From Candidatus Gottesmanbacteria bacterium (lineage in GTDB: Bacteria > Patescibacteriota > Microgenomatia > UBA10105 > UBA927): 64,000 nt of DNA. Positions 50,338 through 59,192 of the stretch are shown piece after piece. How positions within the stretch are numbered: position 1 is the first letter of the stretch; every line of letters begins with the position of its first letter. Location: positions 872,019-936,018 of the forward strand of contig JAHFKK010000001.1 in assembly GCA_023245335.1 (NCBI GenBank), given 5' to 3'. The notes below the pieces were generated by a model, which worked only from the letters and a program-made list of their open reading frames with translations, was not told where the DNA came from and did no database searches. A program made the position numbers and the translations under genes.

Positions 50338-51081
50338 TTATTCTAACTCGTAGGTCACGGTAACCGTCTTCGTCACCGTCCCGCTGCCGGCTTCGGTCGG
50401 TGCACCGCTTCCGCCTCCCAATCCGCCTCCACCCATCATATAGACAGGAGTTGACGGGTTATACCCTTCGGTCACATTGACGACCTTGCCGAGCTTCCTG
50501 CCGCTTGATTGTGCTATCTTTGCTGCCTTATCAGAAGCGTTCTTCAAAGCATCAGCCATGAGACCGTTTGCGACACCGGACGTATCATCCATGTTAAACG
50601 TCGGACCATTTACGTTGGTCGCACCGCTTTTAGAAAGGATGTTCGAAAGCGCGGATGCCTGATCGACATTCCGTAACTTTATGCTTATGGTATTTCCCAC
50701 GTTCCACTGCCCGGGCCGGTATTTCTGATGGCCATCGCTATCGTAATATGACTCCTGATTCTGATAGATACTCATATTTTCCGTCTGTATATCCTCGGGC
50801 TGAACCCCAAATGTCTTGACCGCATCGACAATCGCCGTCACTTTACGGTTTACCTCATCGACAGCCGCCTGCTTGTCGTCATTAAACGCATTCACCCCGG
50901 CACTAAACATGGCAATCTGTGTTTTCGTTTGGGATTTCGCCTCACCGACGACCGTGACGCTCTGGATGGGCTTCACCTGAAAACTCCCCCATGACGGCAA
51001 AAACGTACCGCCTGCAACGATAAGGAAACCGATAATGACCGTACTGATGATGACGGCAACACCCGTTGATTTGTCTGGCAT
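50338..51081 (-). CDS. SIMPL-domain (DUF541) secreted or membrane-anchored protein.
   Basis: N-terminal TM or signal segment then the SIMPL fold. Gly-rich tail. AGGAG Shine-Dalgarno 9 nt upstream of the ATG at 51081. The ORF is open to 51195. Confidence 0.55.
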   Translation of the reverse strand: MPDKSTGVAVIISTVIIGFLIVAGGTFLPSWGSFQVKPIQSVTVVGEAKSQTKTQIAMFSAGVNAFNDDKQAAVDEVNRKVTAIVDAVKTFGVQPEDIQTENMSIYQNQESYYDSDGHQKYRPGQWNVGNTISIKLRNVDQASALSNILSKSGATNVNGPTFNMDDTSGVANGLMADALKNASDKAAKIAQSSGRKLGKVVNVTEGYNPSTPVYMMGGGGLGGGSGAPTEAGSGTVTKTVTVTYELE

Positions 51082-51178
51082 AATAAATAACTCCTCTATA
51101 TCCCATTGAACGCCGAAAGTCGTATGCGTGTCAATCGTGAATTTGGTATACTTCCTTACAGAGAAACACACACCAACC

Positions 51179-51562
51179 ATGAAATCCCTCCGCAAAACCT
51201 ACGACATCAATGCACCGGTCGCCCGTGTCTGGCAGGCGTTAGTCAATCCGAAGGATATCGTTGGCTGGGGGGCGGGACCCGCAAAAATGTCGGCAAAAGT
51301 AGATACATCTTTCTCCCTCTGGGGCGGGGATATACACGGCATGAACATCGAGATTATTCCCGAAAAGAAACTTGTCCAGAACTGGTACGGCGGCAAATGG
51401 CCGGCCCCGTCAATCCTCACGATCGCCTTGCACGAAGAAAGGGGAGGCACTCGCATTGAACTCACGCATACCAATGTTCCGGATGACGAGGAAGAAGGCA
51501 TCGACGAAGGCTGGACAGGCTACTATTTCGGGCCGATGAAAGAGTATCTGGAGTCCAAATGA
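51179..51562 (+). CDS. SRPBCC-superfamily protein (Aha1/START-like).
   Basis: TYDINAPVARVWQALVNPKDIVGW matches the AHSA1/polyketide_cyc2-like N-terminus. Overlaps the folD start by 4 nt. Confidence 0.5.
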   Translation: MKSLRKTYDINAPVARVWQALVNPKDIVGWGAGPAKMSAKVDTSFSLWGGDIHGMNIEIIPEKKLVQNWYGGKWPAPSILTIALHEERGGTRIELTHTNVPDDEEEGIDEGWTGYYFGPMKEYLESK

Positions 51563-52431
51563 TCATTGACGGTAAAAAAATAGCCGACGACATCCTTTCC
51601 CGCTTAACCACGGAAGCAACAACACTGAAAACGTACGGCATCATCCCGACGCTTGCCGTTATCCAAGTGGGGGATGATCCCGCATCGCTTGCCTATATCC
51701 GGCAAAAACAGAAAGCCGCGGACCGAATCGGGGCAAAAATTATCTTGAGCCATCAACCCTCAGATATAAACAAAATACAACTCAAAGCACTCGTCGATCA
51801 ATTTAACGGCGATCCGCACGTCCATGGACTCATCATCCAGCGCCCGATCCCTCCCGGACTCGGAGACGTATCAACAATTCTTGACTCTGTGACCCCACGA
51901 AAAGATGTAGACGGATTTGTAAATAATTCGCTCTTTGAAGTACCCGTTGCGGCTGCGGTGCTTGCGTGTATTCAGGTTGCATATGCGCACATACAGGCAC
52001 TTCATCCTGAACAAAAAAATCCATTTGATATATGGCTCAAAACACAATGCGCTGCCGTTATAGGTAGGGGAGACACCGCAGGCAAACCTATCTTTACAAG
52101 CCTTTCAGCGAGAGGATGTGCGACGTCCGTCATCCATTCGCAAACCGCCGACCCGGACACATTAGTCAAAAAAATGGTGCTTGTTGTCTCCTGTGTAGGG
52201 AAAGAACGGGTAGTGACACGGCAGATGGTGACCCGCGATACTATCCTCATCGGGGTTGGCATTTGGCGCGATAGCGATGGCAAACTGCACGGCGATTACG
52301 ACGAAGAGGAAATAAAAGACATCGTCGCCTTTTATACTCCGACGCCCGGCGGGGTGGGACCCGTAAATGTCGCATGCCTCATGCAAAATCTCGTAAAAGC
52401 GTGTACACTACAAAAAGGGGGTATACTATGA
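51559..52431 (+). CDS. folD: Bifunctional methylenetetrahydrofolate dehydrogenase/cyclohydrolase.
   Basis: MIIDGKKIADDILSRL and VGDDPASLAYIRQKQKAA. Rossmann domain. Confidence 0.85.
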   Translation: MIIDGKKIADDILSRLTTEATTLKTYGIIPTLAVIQVGDDPASLAYIRQKQKAADRIGAKIILSHQPSDINKIQLKALVDQFNGDPHVHGLIIQRPIPPGLGDVSTILDSVTPRKDVDGFVNNSLFEVPVAAAVLACIQVAYAHIQALHPEQKNPFDIWLKTQCAAVIGRGDTAGKPIFTSLSARGCATSVIHSQTADPDTLVKKMVLVVSCVGKERVVTRQMVTRDTILIGVGIWRDSDGKLHGDYDEEEIKDIVAFYTPTPGGVGPVNVACLMQNLVKACTLQKGGIL

Positions 52432-53159
52432 AAGACATTGCCGGTGCCGTGGTTGTTTTCTTCATTTGCTTGTTCGCATTCACCAAGTTTGTCGGTCCGA
52501 TACCCATATCCGTTTCCAGTGTCGTCACGCAAAAAACAGATACATTCAGCGTTTCGGGAGAAGGAAAAGTGACGATGGTTCCGGATATCGCACTCGTCAA
52601 TGTCGGCGTCACGGCCCAGGGACCGAACGTTACACAGGTCCAGCAACAGCTCAATAAAAAAATGAACGCAATATCCGATGCCGTCAAGCGTCTGGGTGTT
52701 GACGGTAAAGACGTAAAGACCACGAATTATAATATTTCGCCCACCTATGATTATACGGACGGCACCCAACGGGTAACCGGATACCAGGCGAATTCAAATC
52801 TTACGATAAAGGTCAGAAAAATCGACAATGCTAATGGTGTCATAGACGCGGCAACAGCAAATGGCGCGAACCAAATCGGCGGAATTTCATTCGACGTCGA
52901 TGACAAAACCAAAGCTGAGAATCAGGCGCGCGAACAGGCTGTAGCAGATGCCAAATCGAAAGCGGAGATAGCGGCGCGCGCGGCGGGCTTCAGGCTTGGC
53001 CGGGTCATCAATTACAGTGAGGGAGGCGGGTCATCGCCTCGGCCGGTCCCGATGATGGACAAAGCCATAAACGGCATGGCAGCAAACGCCCCCACCCAAG
53101 TGGAACCAGGCTCTTCCGAGCTCACACTGACGGTCAATTTAAGTTACGAAATCAACTGA
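52428..53159 (+). CDS. SIMPL-domain (DUF541) protein, a paralog of 50338-51081.
   Basis: Same architecture: TM anchor plus SIMPL domain. Clear sequence similarity to the first copy, for example GxxxVTxxxxxTxxxxAQ..., KxxNY and SxxLxVxYE-type endings. Confidence 0.55.
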   Translation: MKDIAGAVVVFFICLFAFTKFVGPIPISVSSVVTQKTDTFSVSGEGKVTMVPDIALVNVGVTAQGPNVTQVQQQLNKKMNAISDAVKRLGVDGKDVKTTNYNISPTYDYTDGTQRVTGYQANSNLTIKVRKIDNANGVIDAATANGANQIGGISFDVDDKTKAENQAREQAVADAKSKAEIAARAAGFRLGRVINYSEGGGSSPRPVPMMDKAINGMAANAPTQVEPGSSELTLTVNLSYEIN

Positions 53160-53270
53160 AAATGAGGCTATCTAGCCTCAAAAAACCTATTCTTATAGGT
53201 CTTGCTCCTACTACCCCACGGGAGTAAAATGGTTGTTCCGACGCCCCTTTTGTCATATTTGGAGTCTCAT

Positions 53271-53864
53271 ATGGGAAGAAGCCACATCAAAGCGATCAAA
53301 CAACCGGACGACACGACCTGCGGACCCGCTGCTTTGCAGATCGCACTCCGCGTTCTCGGCGTCCGAAAATCGCTCGATACACTTATTACGCTTTGCAAAA
53401 CCAACAGAAACGGTACGTCTACCGCACATATGATCCAAGCGGTCAACAAACTGGGACTTTCGTGTCTCGTCATGGAATATACGACGCTTCATCATCTACA
53501 AAGCGCTTTGAAATATCGTCCCAACGAAGCACGCGCCGTCTTGGTATCGTACCTTTATGATCTGGACGACAAAGACGAACCGCATCCTGAGTCCGGCCAT
53601 TGGGCGACCGTCGCCTCATATCTTGCGAGCAAAAGCAGAATCGTACTTCTCGACAGTTCGACAGGAAAACGCAAATCATATGACTGGGCGGATTTCCGCG
53701 ACCGCTGGTACGATTATGATTACAAACGCCGGAAATTGAAGCGCCGCGGGCGGAAATTCCGGCTCATTCACAAATGGCAGGCCCAACTTATGCTGGTCGT
53801 CGCGCGGGATCCGGAATCGCTGCCATACTTCCGTATCGCGACTGCACGAGTATTCATACCTTAA
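53271..53864 (+). CDS. Papain-like cysteine peptidase domain protein (C39/BtrH-N-like).
   Basis: QPDDTTCGPAALQIAL is a C39-type catalytic Cys context and GHWATV a His context. Basic C-terminal tail. The start could also be at 53229. Confidence 0.5.
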   Translation: MGRSHIKAIKQPDDTTCGPAALQIALRVLGVRKSLDTLITLCKTNRNGTSTAHMIQAVNKLGLSCLVMEYTTLHHLQSALKYRPNEARAVLVSYLYDLDDKDEPHPESGHWATVASYLASKSRIVLLDSSTGKRKSYDWADFRDRWYDYDYKRRKLKRRGRKFRLIHKWQAQLMLVVARDPESLPYFRIATARVFIP

Positions 53865-53915
53865 CCTCTGGGACAAAACCTTACGGTTTTTTCCCAACGA
53901 TTTTCCCTCATAAGT

Positions 53916-53954
53916 GTCGCGAAGGGCTCAGGTCATAAAGCACTCCTTCGCGAC
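53916..53954. other. 10-bp inverted repeat GTCGCGAAGG/CCTTCGCGAC with a 19-nt loop between convergent genes.
   Basis: Possible bidirectional terminator. No strong U-tract. Confidence 0.35.
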
Positions 53955-53956
53955 AG

Positions 53957-54955
53957 TTAGACTGTGCGGCGACGCAGGGCAGACTCTACAATCTTCCAGA
54001 CAAAGTCCGCAAACGACATACAGATTGCTTTGTACGATACGGTCATCCCATATTCAGGATCATCTCCTAATCCGGGATTGGAGTTGACCTCCAGAAAATA
54101 CGGGGTACTGTCGCTGCTGCAACGTATATCAAACCGTGCGTAATCCCGAAATCCCAGAGACCGGAATGCAGCCCTGCTCATCGACTCGACCATAAGAGCG
54201 AGCTTAGGTTCTATCGCGGCAAGTGTCACGTTCGAATTGTTATAGTCGGGATGCGTCATATCCCATCGGCTCTCATAGGTGAGAAATGGTACGTCCGTCG
54301 TCTTGGTAAAAATAATTTCCGACGGGGGCAACATAAAAAGTTTCTGATTCATTTCAAGGAGCGTCACCTGAAACTCCCGCCCCGACAAAAATTCTTCCGC
54401 ATACACCGGCTGTTTATATTGGAGGAGACATTTGCGAATTCGATCCCGGAGTGCCTCTTCATTTTCGACAACTGCTTCTTTGGATAGTCCGACACTCGAG
54501 TGCTCACTGCTTACTTTTACGATGACGGGATAGTGGAAATCTGTACGTATCGGTTCATCACCGCTTATATATAATTGCCAGCGTGCGGTCGGAAGGCGGA
54601 GCTCCTCAAGCCGCTTTTTCATGAGACTTTTATCACAGGTTAAGAGGTAATTGTCTTTCGTCGCGCCGGTATAACGCAAATGCTTTGCATCCATGAGATC
54701 AAACGTCTGCATGGCATACTTCGTATCAATACCGGTCCACTCAATGAGATTAAATACCAAATCCCCGGTGAGGGACGCAACCGTTGCATCAATCGTGTGT
54801 TCTGTGATGGGCACCAGCCGGGTCTGAACGCCTTTGGTTTCTAACGCGTCGGCTACTTCCTGAGCGGATTCCTCTGTATCTTCTTCCGCTTCCCAATGCG
54901 CAGCGTGTTCAGCGAATCTCTCCGTCGGCTTGTTATATAAAACTGAAATTTTCAT
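53957..54955 (-). CDS. ATP-grasp ligase of the D-Ala-D-Ala ligase family with a divergent N-terminus.
   Basis: EEFLSGREFQVTLLE. C-terminal RFDIRCSSDSTPYFLEVNSNPGLG and the SFADFVWKIVESAL ending match the Ddl family. The N-terminal Gly-rich P-loop-like motif is absent. Confidence 0.55.
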   Translation of the reverse strand: MKISVLYNKPTERFAEHAAHWEAEEDTEESAQEVADALETKGVQTRLVPITEHTIDATVASLTGDLVFNLIEWTGIDTKYAMQTFDLMDAKHLRYTGATKDNYLLTCDKSLMKKRLEELRLPTARWQLYISGDEPIRTDFHYPVIVKVSSEHSSVGLSKEAVVENEEALRDRIRKCLLQYKQPVYAEEFLSGREFQVTLLEMNQKLFMLPPSEIIFTKTTDVPFLTYESRWDMTHPDYNNSNVTLAAIEPKLALMVESMSRAAFRSLGFRDYARFDIRCSSDSTPYFLEVNSNPGLGDDPEYGMTVSYKAICMSFADFVWKIVESALRRRTV

Positions 54956-54974
54956 GATTTCTTTCTATAAAGTA

Positions 54975-56111
54975 TCACGACGGATGTATATTCCGTTTGG
55001 CAATTTGTTCAGTAATATAGGAGTTTGCTTTTTCTAACCGATACGGCAACGTTCTTGGATCTTTCCATACATCCGTAACCATCTTATGCACCTGCGTACG
55101 AGCATAATCATCAGGGGTCATAACATCTTGAAGAATATCCGGCATATTCAATGCAGCGTTCACATAGCCCAGCTCGACCCCTGCCTGAAATTTGTATCCG
55201 TCTGTCGAAGGGCTTTTTAATAAATCTTGTGTGATTTTGATCACTTGCTCCTGATCAACCAATGAAGGATTTTTTCGCATGCCCATGAGCAAATCATTGG
55301 TCTTTTTGTCATTAATCATTTCTTTGACGCCATTAATACCAATACCGATCGCAATAGCAACACTTGTAAGTCCCATAAGTGCCGACACAGTTTGGGTGAG
55401 CTTAGTTTCTGGAAAAATTCCATTTTTCAATTTGACTCCAGTCTCGAATCTAAAGGCCATATCGGAAAGAGAACCATGAAAAAGATATAAATTTAATAAA
55501 CCTAAACTGTTGTTAACTACATGCACTGTCATTGACTGGGCAAGACCCTTTTTTTGTGATTCTCCTGTCAAATTGGCGGCATCGATTGTTTCCTTGATTG
55601 GTTTCGCTAACCCTAAAGACCGATAAATACCTCCGGTATGTCCGAATCCAAAAAGGACGTCTGCCGTGCGTCTGGCAACATCCGGGCGTACGTCAATTCC
55701 TACGATTTTACCAACAGCTGTTACTATGGTAGGAATTGCTTTACTCCGAAAAATAAGTTCTTCTAAAACTGGCGCCCCTAAAGTACCATACCAAAGCATT
55801 TTGATATCACGCGAATCCATGCCTTTTCGTGCTCCGGCAACCGAGATACCCAAATTAGCTAGCCCAACGCTACCTAATGTTGCCAGAAACAGCTTTTTTG
55901 ACGACGAGTGCTCCCAGGTCTTAGCCAACCACGAACCTTTGATCTCTCGTTTATTATCGTCGATGGTTTTTGTCGACCAGTCAACGAATTTTTGTGTTTC
56001 GGCAACGGCATCAGCAACAAATTGTTGTCGCTCTGTCGGGCTCAGTTGCTCCAAGTGTTTTTGCGAAATTCCGATTTTATGATCCTGACGTATCCCGGAT
56101 GTTGTTTCCAT
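54975..56111 (-). CDS. CPBP-family (CAAX protease/Abi-like) intramembrane metalloprotease homolog, unusually long.
   Basis: Motif 1 LEELIFR, motif 2 FGFGH and motif 3 HVVNN, in the correct order and spacing. 378 aa, with N- and C-terminal extensions. Confidence 0.5.
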   Translation of the reverse strand: METTSGIRQDHKIGISQKHLEQLSPTERQQFVADAVAETQKFVDWSTKTIDDNKREIKGSWLAKTWEHSSSKKLFLATLGSVGLANLGISVAGARKGMDSRDIKMLWYGTLGAPVLEELIFRSKAIPTIVTAVGKIVGIDVRPDVARRTADVLFGFGHTGGIYRSLGLAKPIKETIDAANLTGESQKKGLAQSMTVHVVNNSLGLLNLYLFHGSLSDMAFRFETGVKLKNGIFPETKLTQTVSALMGLTSVAIAIGIGINGVKEMINDKKTNDLLMGMRKNPSLVDQEQVIKITQDLLKSPSTDGYKFQAGVELGYVNAALNMPDILQDVMTPDDYARTQVHKMVTDVWKDPRTLPYRLEKANSYITEQIAKRNIHPS

Positions 56112-56116
56112 ATGGG

Positions 56117-57118
56117 CTATATGTGATGAAACTTATCGTGGATTTGTTTCAACTGCGGGTTCGTGACATGGGTATAAATCTGCGTCGTCGAGACATTTTT
56201 GTGACCCAAGAGTTCTTGGATCGCCCGCAGATCTGCGCCATTTCCCAAGAGATCTGTCGCAAACGTGTGCCGCAACCCGTGCGGCGTAATTTTGATCGGG
56301 AGCTTCGCCTTTTTGGCGTACTTTTCGACGAGGCGCTGGACGCTTCGCGCCGTCAGGCGGATGGATTCTCCGGTCTTGTCATCCTCATCGGGTTTTTTAC
56401 CGGAATAGCGGATAAAAATCGGTTTCAAATCATCCTCACGGCTTCCGATATATCGCTTCAGCCAATCGGCTGACGCGTCGGATAAAAATACGACGCGTAG
56501 TCTGCGGCCTTTCCCGATGACGCCAAACTCCCGGCGATCGAGATTTATCCCGTCACGGTTAAGCGCCACGAGTTCCGAAACCCGCAGTCCGGTAGAAAAA
56601 AGCACTTCCAGAATTGCTTTATCTCGTAACCCCTCGGGCGTAGAAATTTCCGGCATGTTCAGGAGCCGGTCCACTTGCTCCCGATCCAAAAATTTTATCG
56701 AGTGACTTTCCGCTTTCGGCAAATCAATTTTGTCCGGCGTAATCGAGGGGATATCGCGCTTGGCGAGATATTTGAGAAAACTCCGAAGCGCTATCAGATG
56801 ATAATTTTGCGTGACTCGCTTGAGCGTCATGCCGTGCGGATCAGAAAAACGCGCTAAATATAACCGGTATTGCCGGATGCTTTCAGACGTAATGTCATTC
56901 ACCTTCGCTGAAGCTACGGTGGACAAGGAAGTTTTTCCGCCAGAGGCGGATCGGCCTCCGGCCGACACATCAGCTCCGGCAGGGGAGGGGATTTGGCCTG
57001 TCAGAAAGGCCAAAAACCTAGTCAGATAATGTTTGTAATTGCGAATCGTCAATTGCGAAACATTTCGTTCAATTTCGAGATATTCCAAAAATTCTTTCAG
57101 AAGCTTTTCGAGATCCAT
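56117..57118 (-). CDS. Tyrosine recombinase (XerC/XerD/integrase family) with a low-complexity insertion in the N-terminal domain.
   Basis: N-terminal SAM-like core-binding domain (LEYLEIERNVSQLTIRNYKHYL). C-terminal HGLRHTFATDLL...LLGHKNVSTTQIYTHV (R..HxxR..Y). Insertion PSPAGADVSAGGRSASGGKTS. Confidence 0.8.
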   Translation of the reverse strand: MDLEKLLKEFLEYLEIERNVSQLTIRNYKHYLTRFLAFLTGQIPSPAGADVSAGGRSASGGKTSLSTVASAKVNDITSESIRQYRLYLARFSDPHGMTLKRVTQNYHLIALRSFLKYLAKRDIPSITPDKIDLPKAESHSIKFLDREQVDRLLNMPEISTPEGLRDKAILEVLFSTGLRVSELVALNRDGINLDRREFGVIGKGRRLRVVFLSDASADWLKRYIGSREDDLKPIFIRYSGKKPDEDDKTGESIRLTARSVQRLVEKYAKKAKLPIKITPHGLRHTFATDLLGNGADLRAIQELLGHKNVSTTQIYTHVTNPQLKQIHDKFHHI

Positions 57119-57150
57119 AATGATACAGTAACGTCTACACAATCAATAAT

Positions 57151-57891
57151 GTGCGACATTATATGATTTGTCAATATGGTACAATGTGTATCATGACGCT
57201 ATTTCAAAGGACACAACTTGATCTGATGCGTCAAATGGAGCTTACGCTCGCCTCGGATTCAAACACTTCTACGATCGTACCGTTTCAGGCTGATTACGCC
57301 ACAGACAACCAGATGTGTTTGAGCGTCAACGCCTTCTTATCTCGTGCAATTGGATTGTCCATACAAACCAAACTAATCGACCCGTTACGGCAAATCGATC
57401 CTACCCAATACTATTACTCAAACGGCTCTCTACATATTACGTTTCACAGCGTCCGAATCATCCATAACCCGCCATCATATACGGACTTGGATATCAAAAA
57501 CTCCAAGCAGTTACTAGCGAAATTCGTCCCGCCGGAACGACCGTTTCCGTTTGTCCTACAGGGCGTTCTATCCATGCCGACAAGCGTTTCGCTCATAGCG
57601 CTTGTGACTCCGGAATATGATCAATTTATACGGCGCCTTCGGCATGAATTTATTTCATCCGGTATCCCTGATGACAAAAAATATTTCACTGACAAAATGG
57701 TTTTTGCCAATACAACGATTTGCCGGTATACCCATAAACCGTCACAAGAATTTTTGGAAAAGGTTGCGGAGTTAAAAAATTTGTTTATCGGAGAGTACAC
57801 CGCAGAAAAAGTCTGTCTGGTAGAGACCAATGCAGGGGCATACCCATCAAAAACGACCGTTTTGGCTGAATATCGGTTCAGCCAAATTTAG
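57151..57891 (+). CDS. Hypothetical protein, divergent from the recombinase gene.
   Basis: 246-aa ORF. A single HxT-like motif (LHITFHS). No confident family assignment. Confidence 0.3.
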   Translation: MRHYMICQYGTMCIMTLFQRTQLDLMRQMELTLASDSNTSTIVPFQADYATDNQMCLSVNAFLSRAIGLSIQTKLIDPLRQIDPTQYYYSNGSLHITFHSVRIIHNPPSYTDLDIKNSKQLLAKFVPPERPFPFVLQGVLSMPTSVSLIALVTPEYDQFIRRLRHEFISSGIPDDKKYFTDKMVFANTTICRYTHKPSQEFLEKVAELKNLFIGEYTAEKVCLVETNAGAYPSKTTVLAEYRFSQI

Positions 57892-58409
57892 CCTCAAATT
57901 TGAGCTCCTGTAGTGACCTACAAGGCCTTCGTTTCCACAAAGACGTACATGCGATCGTCTTATCCAACGCACAAAATGAGTTTTGGCCCGTTATGACAAA
58001 ATAAAGGTCAATTGTCAAAAAATCATAGACAGCTAAAACTAGGTGTCGGAGAGATCCTATATATGGAGGCAAATAAATAGGAGAGCTATAGAAAACAAAT
58101 GAAGAACAATGTGTAAACAAATGCGCATATTTATGATGAAAGTATCGTATGGCAAAAGCAGCGGTTTACAGCACACCTCGTGCATGACGTCGCAAAAGTA
58201 TTATTGTGCGACATAGTATATCATTTATTCCCCGGGCGGGGGTAAATCGCTTAAAGACCTGAAACCTCCCAATAAATAATGGCAAGGCATGTTATTCGGG
58301 GAGACGGAAGCCCTTTACTTCGTGAGAGAACCCTTGCTTGAGGCCTTTGACTGCATGAACTGGTTCTCCCGCCGATTGTGCACACAAATGACCACAGTTA
58401 TGTAAGCCT

Positions 58410-58960
58410 CAAAGAGCGTCATTCGGGTTATTTATGACGTCGCTATTTAGAGCATCAATATGCGCTAAACGACTGGTTTCGAGGCCAGAACTGCTCCACT
58501 CTACGCGATGTCCTATATGGCACATTTATGAGTTTAGCGCATTATTACGTGCTATAGTTACATTATCAAGGCTACCTATTCGTCCTGTCAAACGAGCGTC
58601 ATGTAGTATATGTGTCATTTTGGCGCTTTAATACGCTCTATATCAATATATTTGAGGCTATTCTGACAATATCTTTTATTTAAGGTGTATATGCATAGAT
58701 AGAGCGTAATAACAGCCTGTATATGTTATTTTAGCCTTACATAGACATACTCATACGAGCTTCTGCGCTCATGGGGAATGGTAATTAGCGTTCACCAGGC
58801 GTGGCTGCCAGTCATTATTTCTTTTCGGTTATATTTAGCCCATTAATACGCGCTAACCAGGTGTTTTCAAGGCTGATTCTCATCTATCTTCGACGTGATA
58901 TATGAGTATTTAGAGCGTAATAACAATCTAAACAACCATTTTATCGCACAACTTGTGTAC
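58410..58960. repeat. Array of degenerate iteron-like repeats of about 80-90 bp in a 1.3 kb noncoding region.
   Basis: Units share AAAgAGCGTCAT...TATTTAGAGCatcAATAtGCGCTAAA...TTTCGAGGC. The 19-mer TATTTAGAGCGTAATAACA occurs identically at about 58699 and 58907. Confidence 0.5.
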
Positions 58961-59091
58961 TCAAGGGAGCGGAAGGAGTGCGGTCCAGGCTCAATAGTAT
59001 GGTTGTATGTGGTATTACCCCTACCCTGGAACAGACGTTTCATGAAGCTAAATGAGGCTGTGAAAATAGTTTAGCCAAACCGTGAAATAAA

Positions 59092-59100
59092 TTATCCACA
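59092..59100 (+). promoter_or_regulatory. Perfect DnaA-box consensus TTATCCACA.
   Basis: Single exact match. A weaker TTATCCAAC lies at about 57960. AT-rich sequence lies around 58000-58130. Confidence 0.3.
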
Positions 59101-59192
59101 TTGTGTCCTATAATTCTATAGGCCTATGACTTAACTATATCAAACTATATCTACCATAAACACCCATACTATACTTCCCTCTTCCCCAGTCC

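Noticed and set aside
53165-53186. GAGGCTATCTAGCCTC hairpin after the second SIMPL gene as a terminator.
   Set aside because: It is followed by an A-run rather than a T-run on the plus strand, with only a weak T-tract on the minus strand. Noted as a palindrome but not called as a terminator.
58410-58960. Possible CRISPR array.
   Set aside because: The repeats are degenerate (about 60-80% similar), of variable length and not regularly spaced identical units. No cas genes are nearby.
59092-59100. Chromosomal oriC call based on the DnaA box.
   Set aside because: Only one perfect box plus one weak match. No dnaA gene in the window and no box cluster. Kept as low-confidence context inside the noncoding-region finding.
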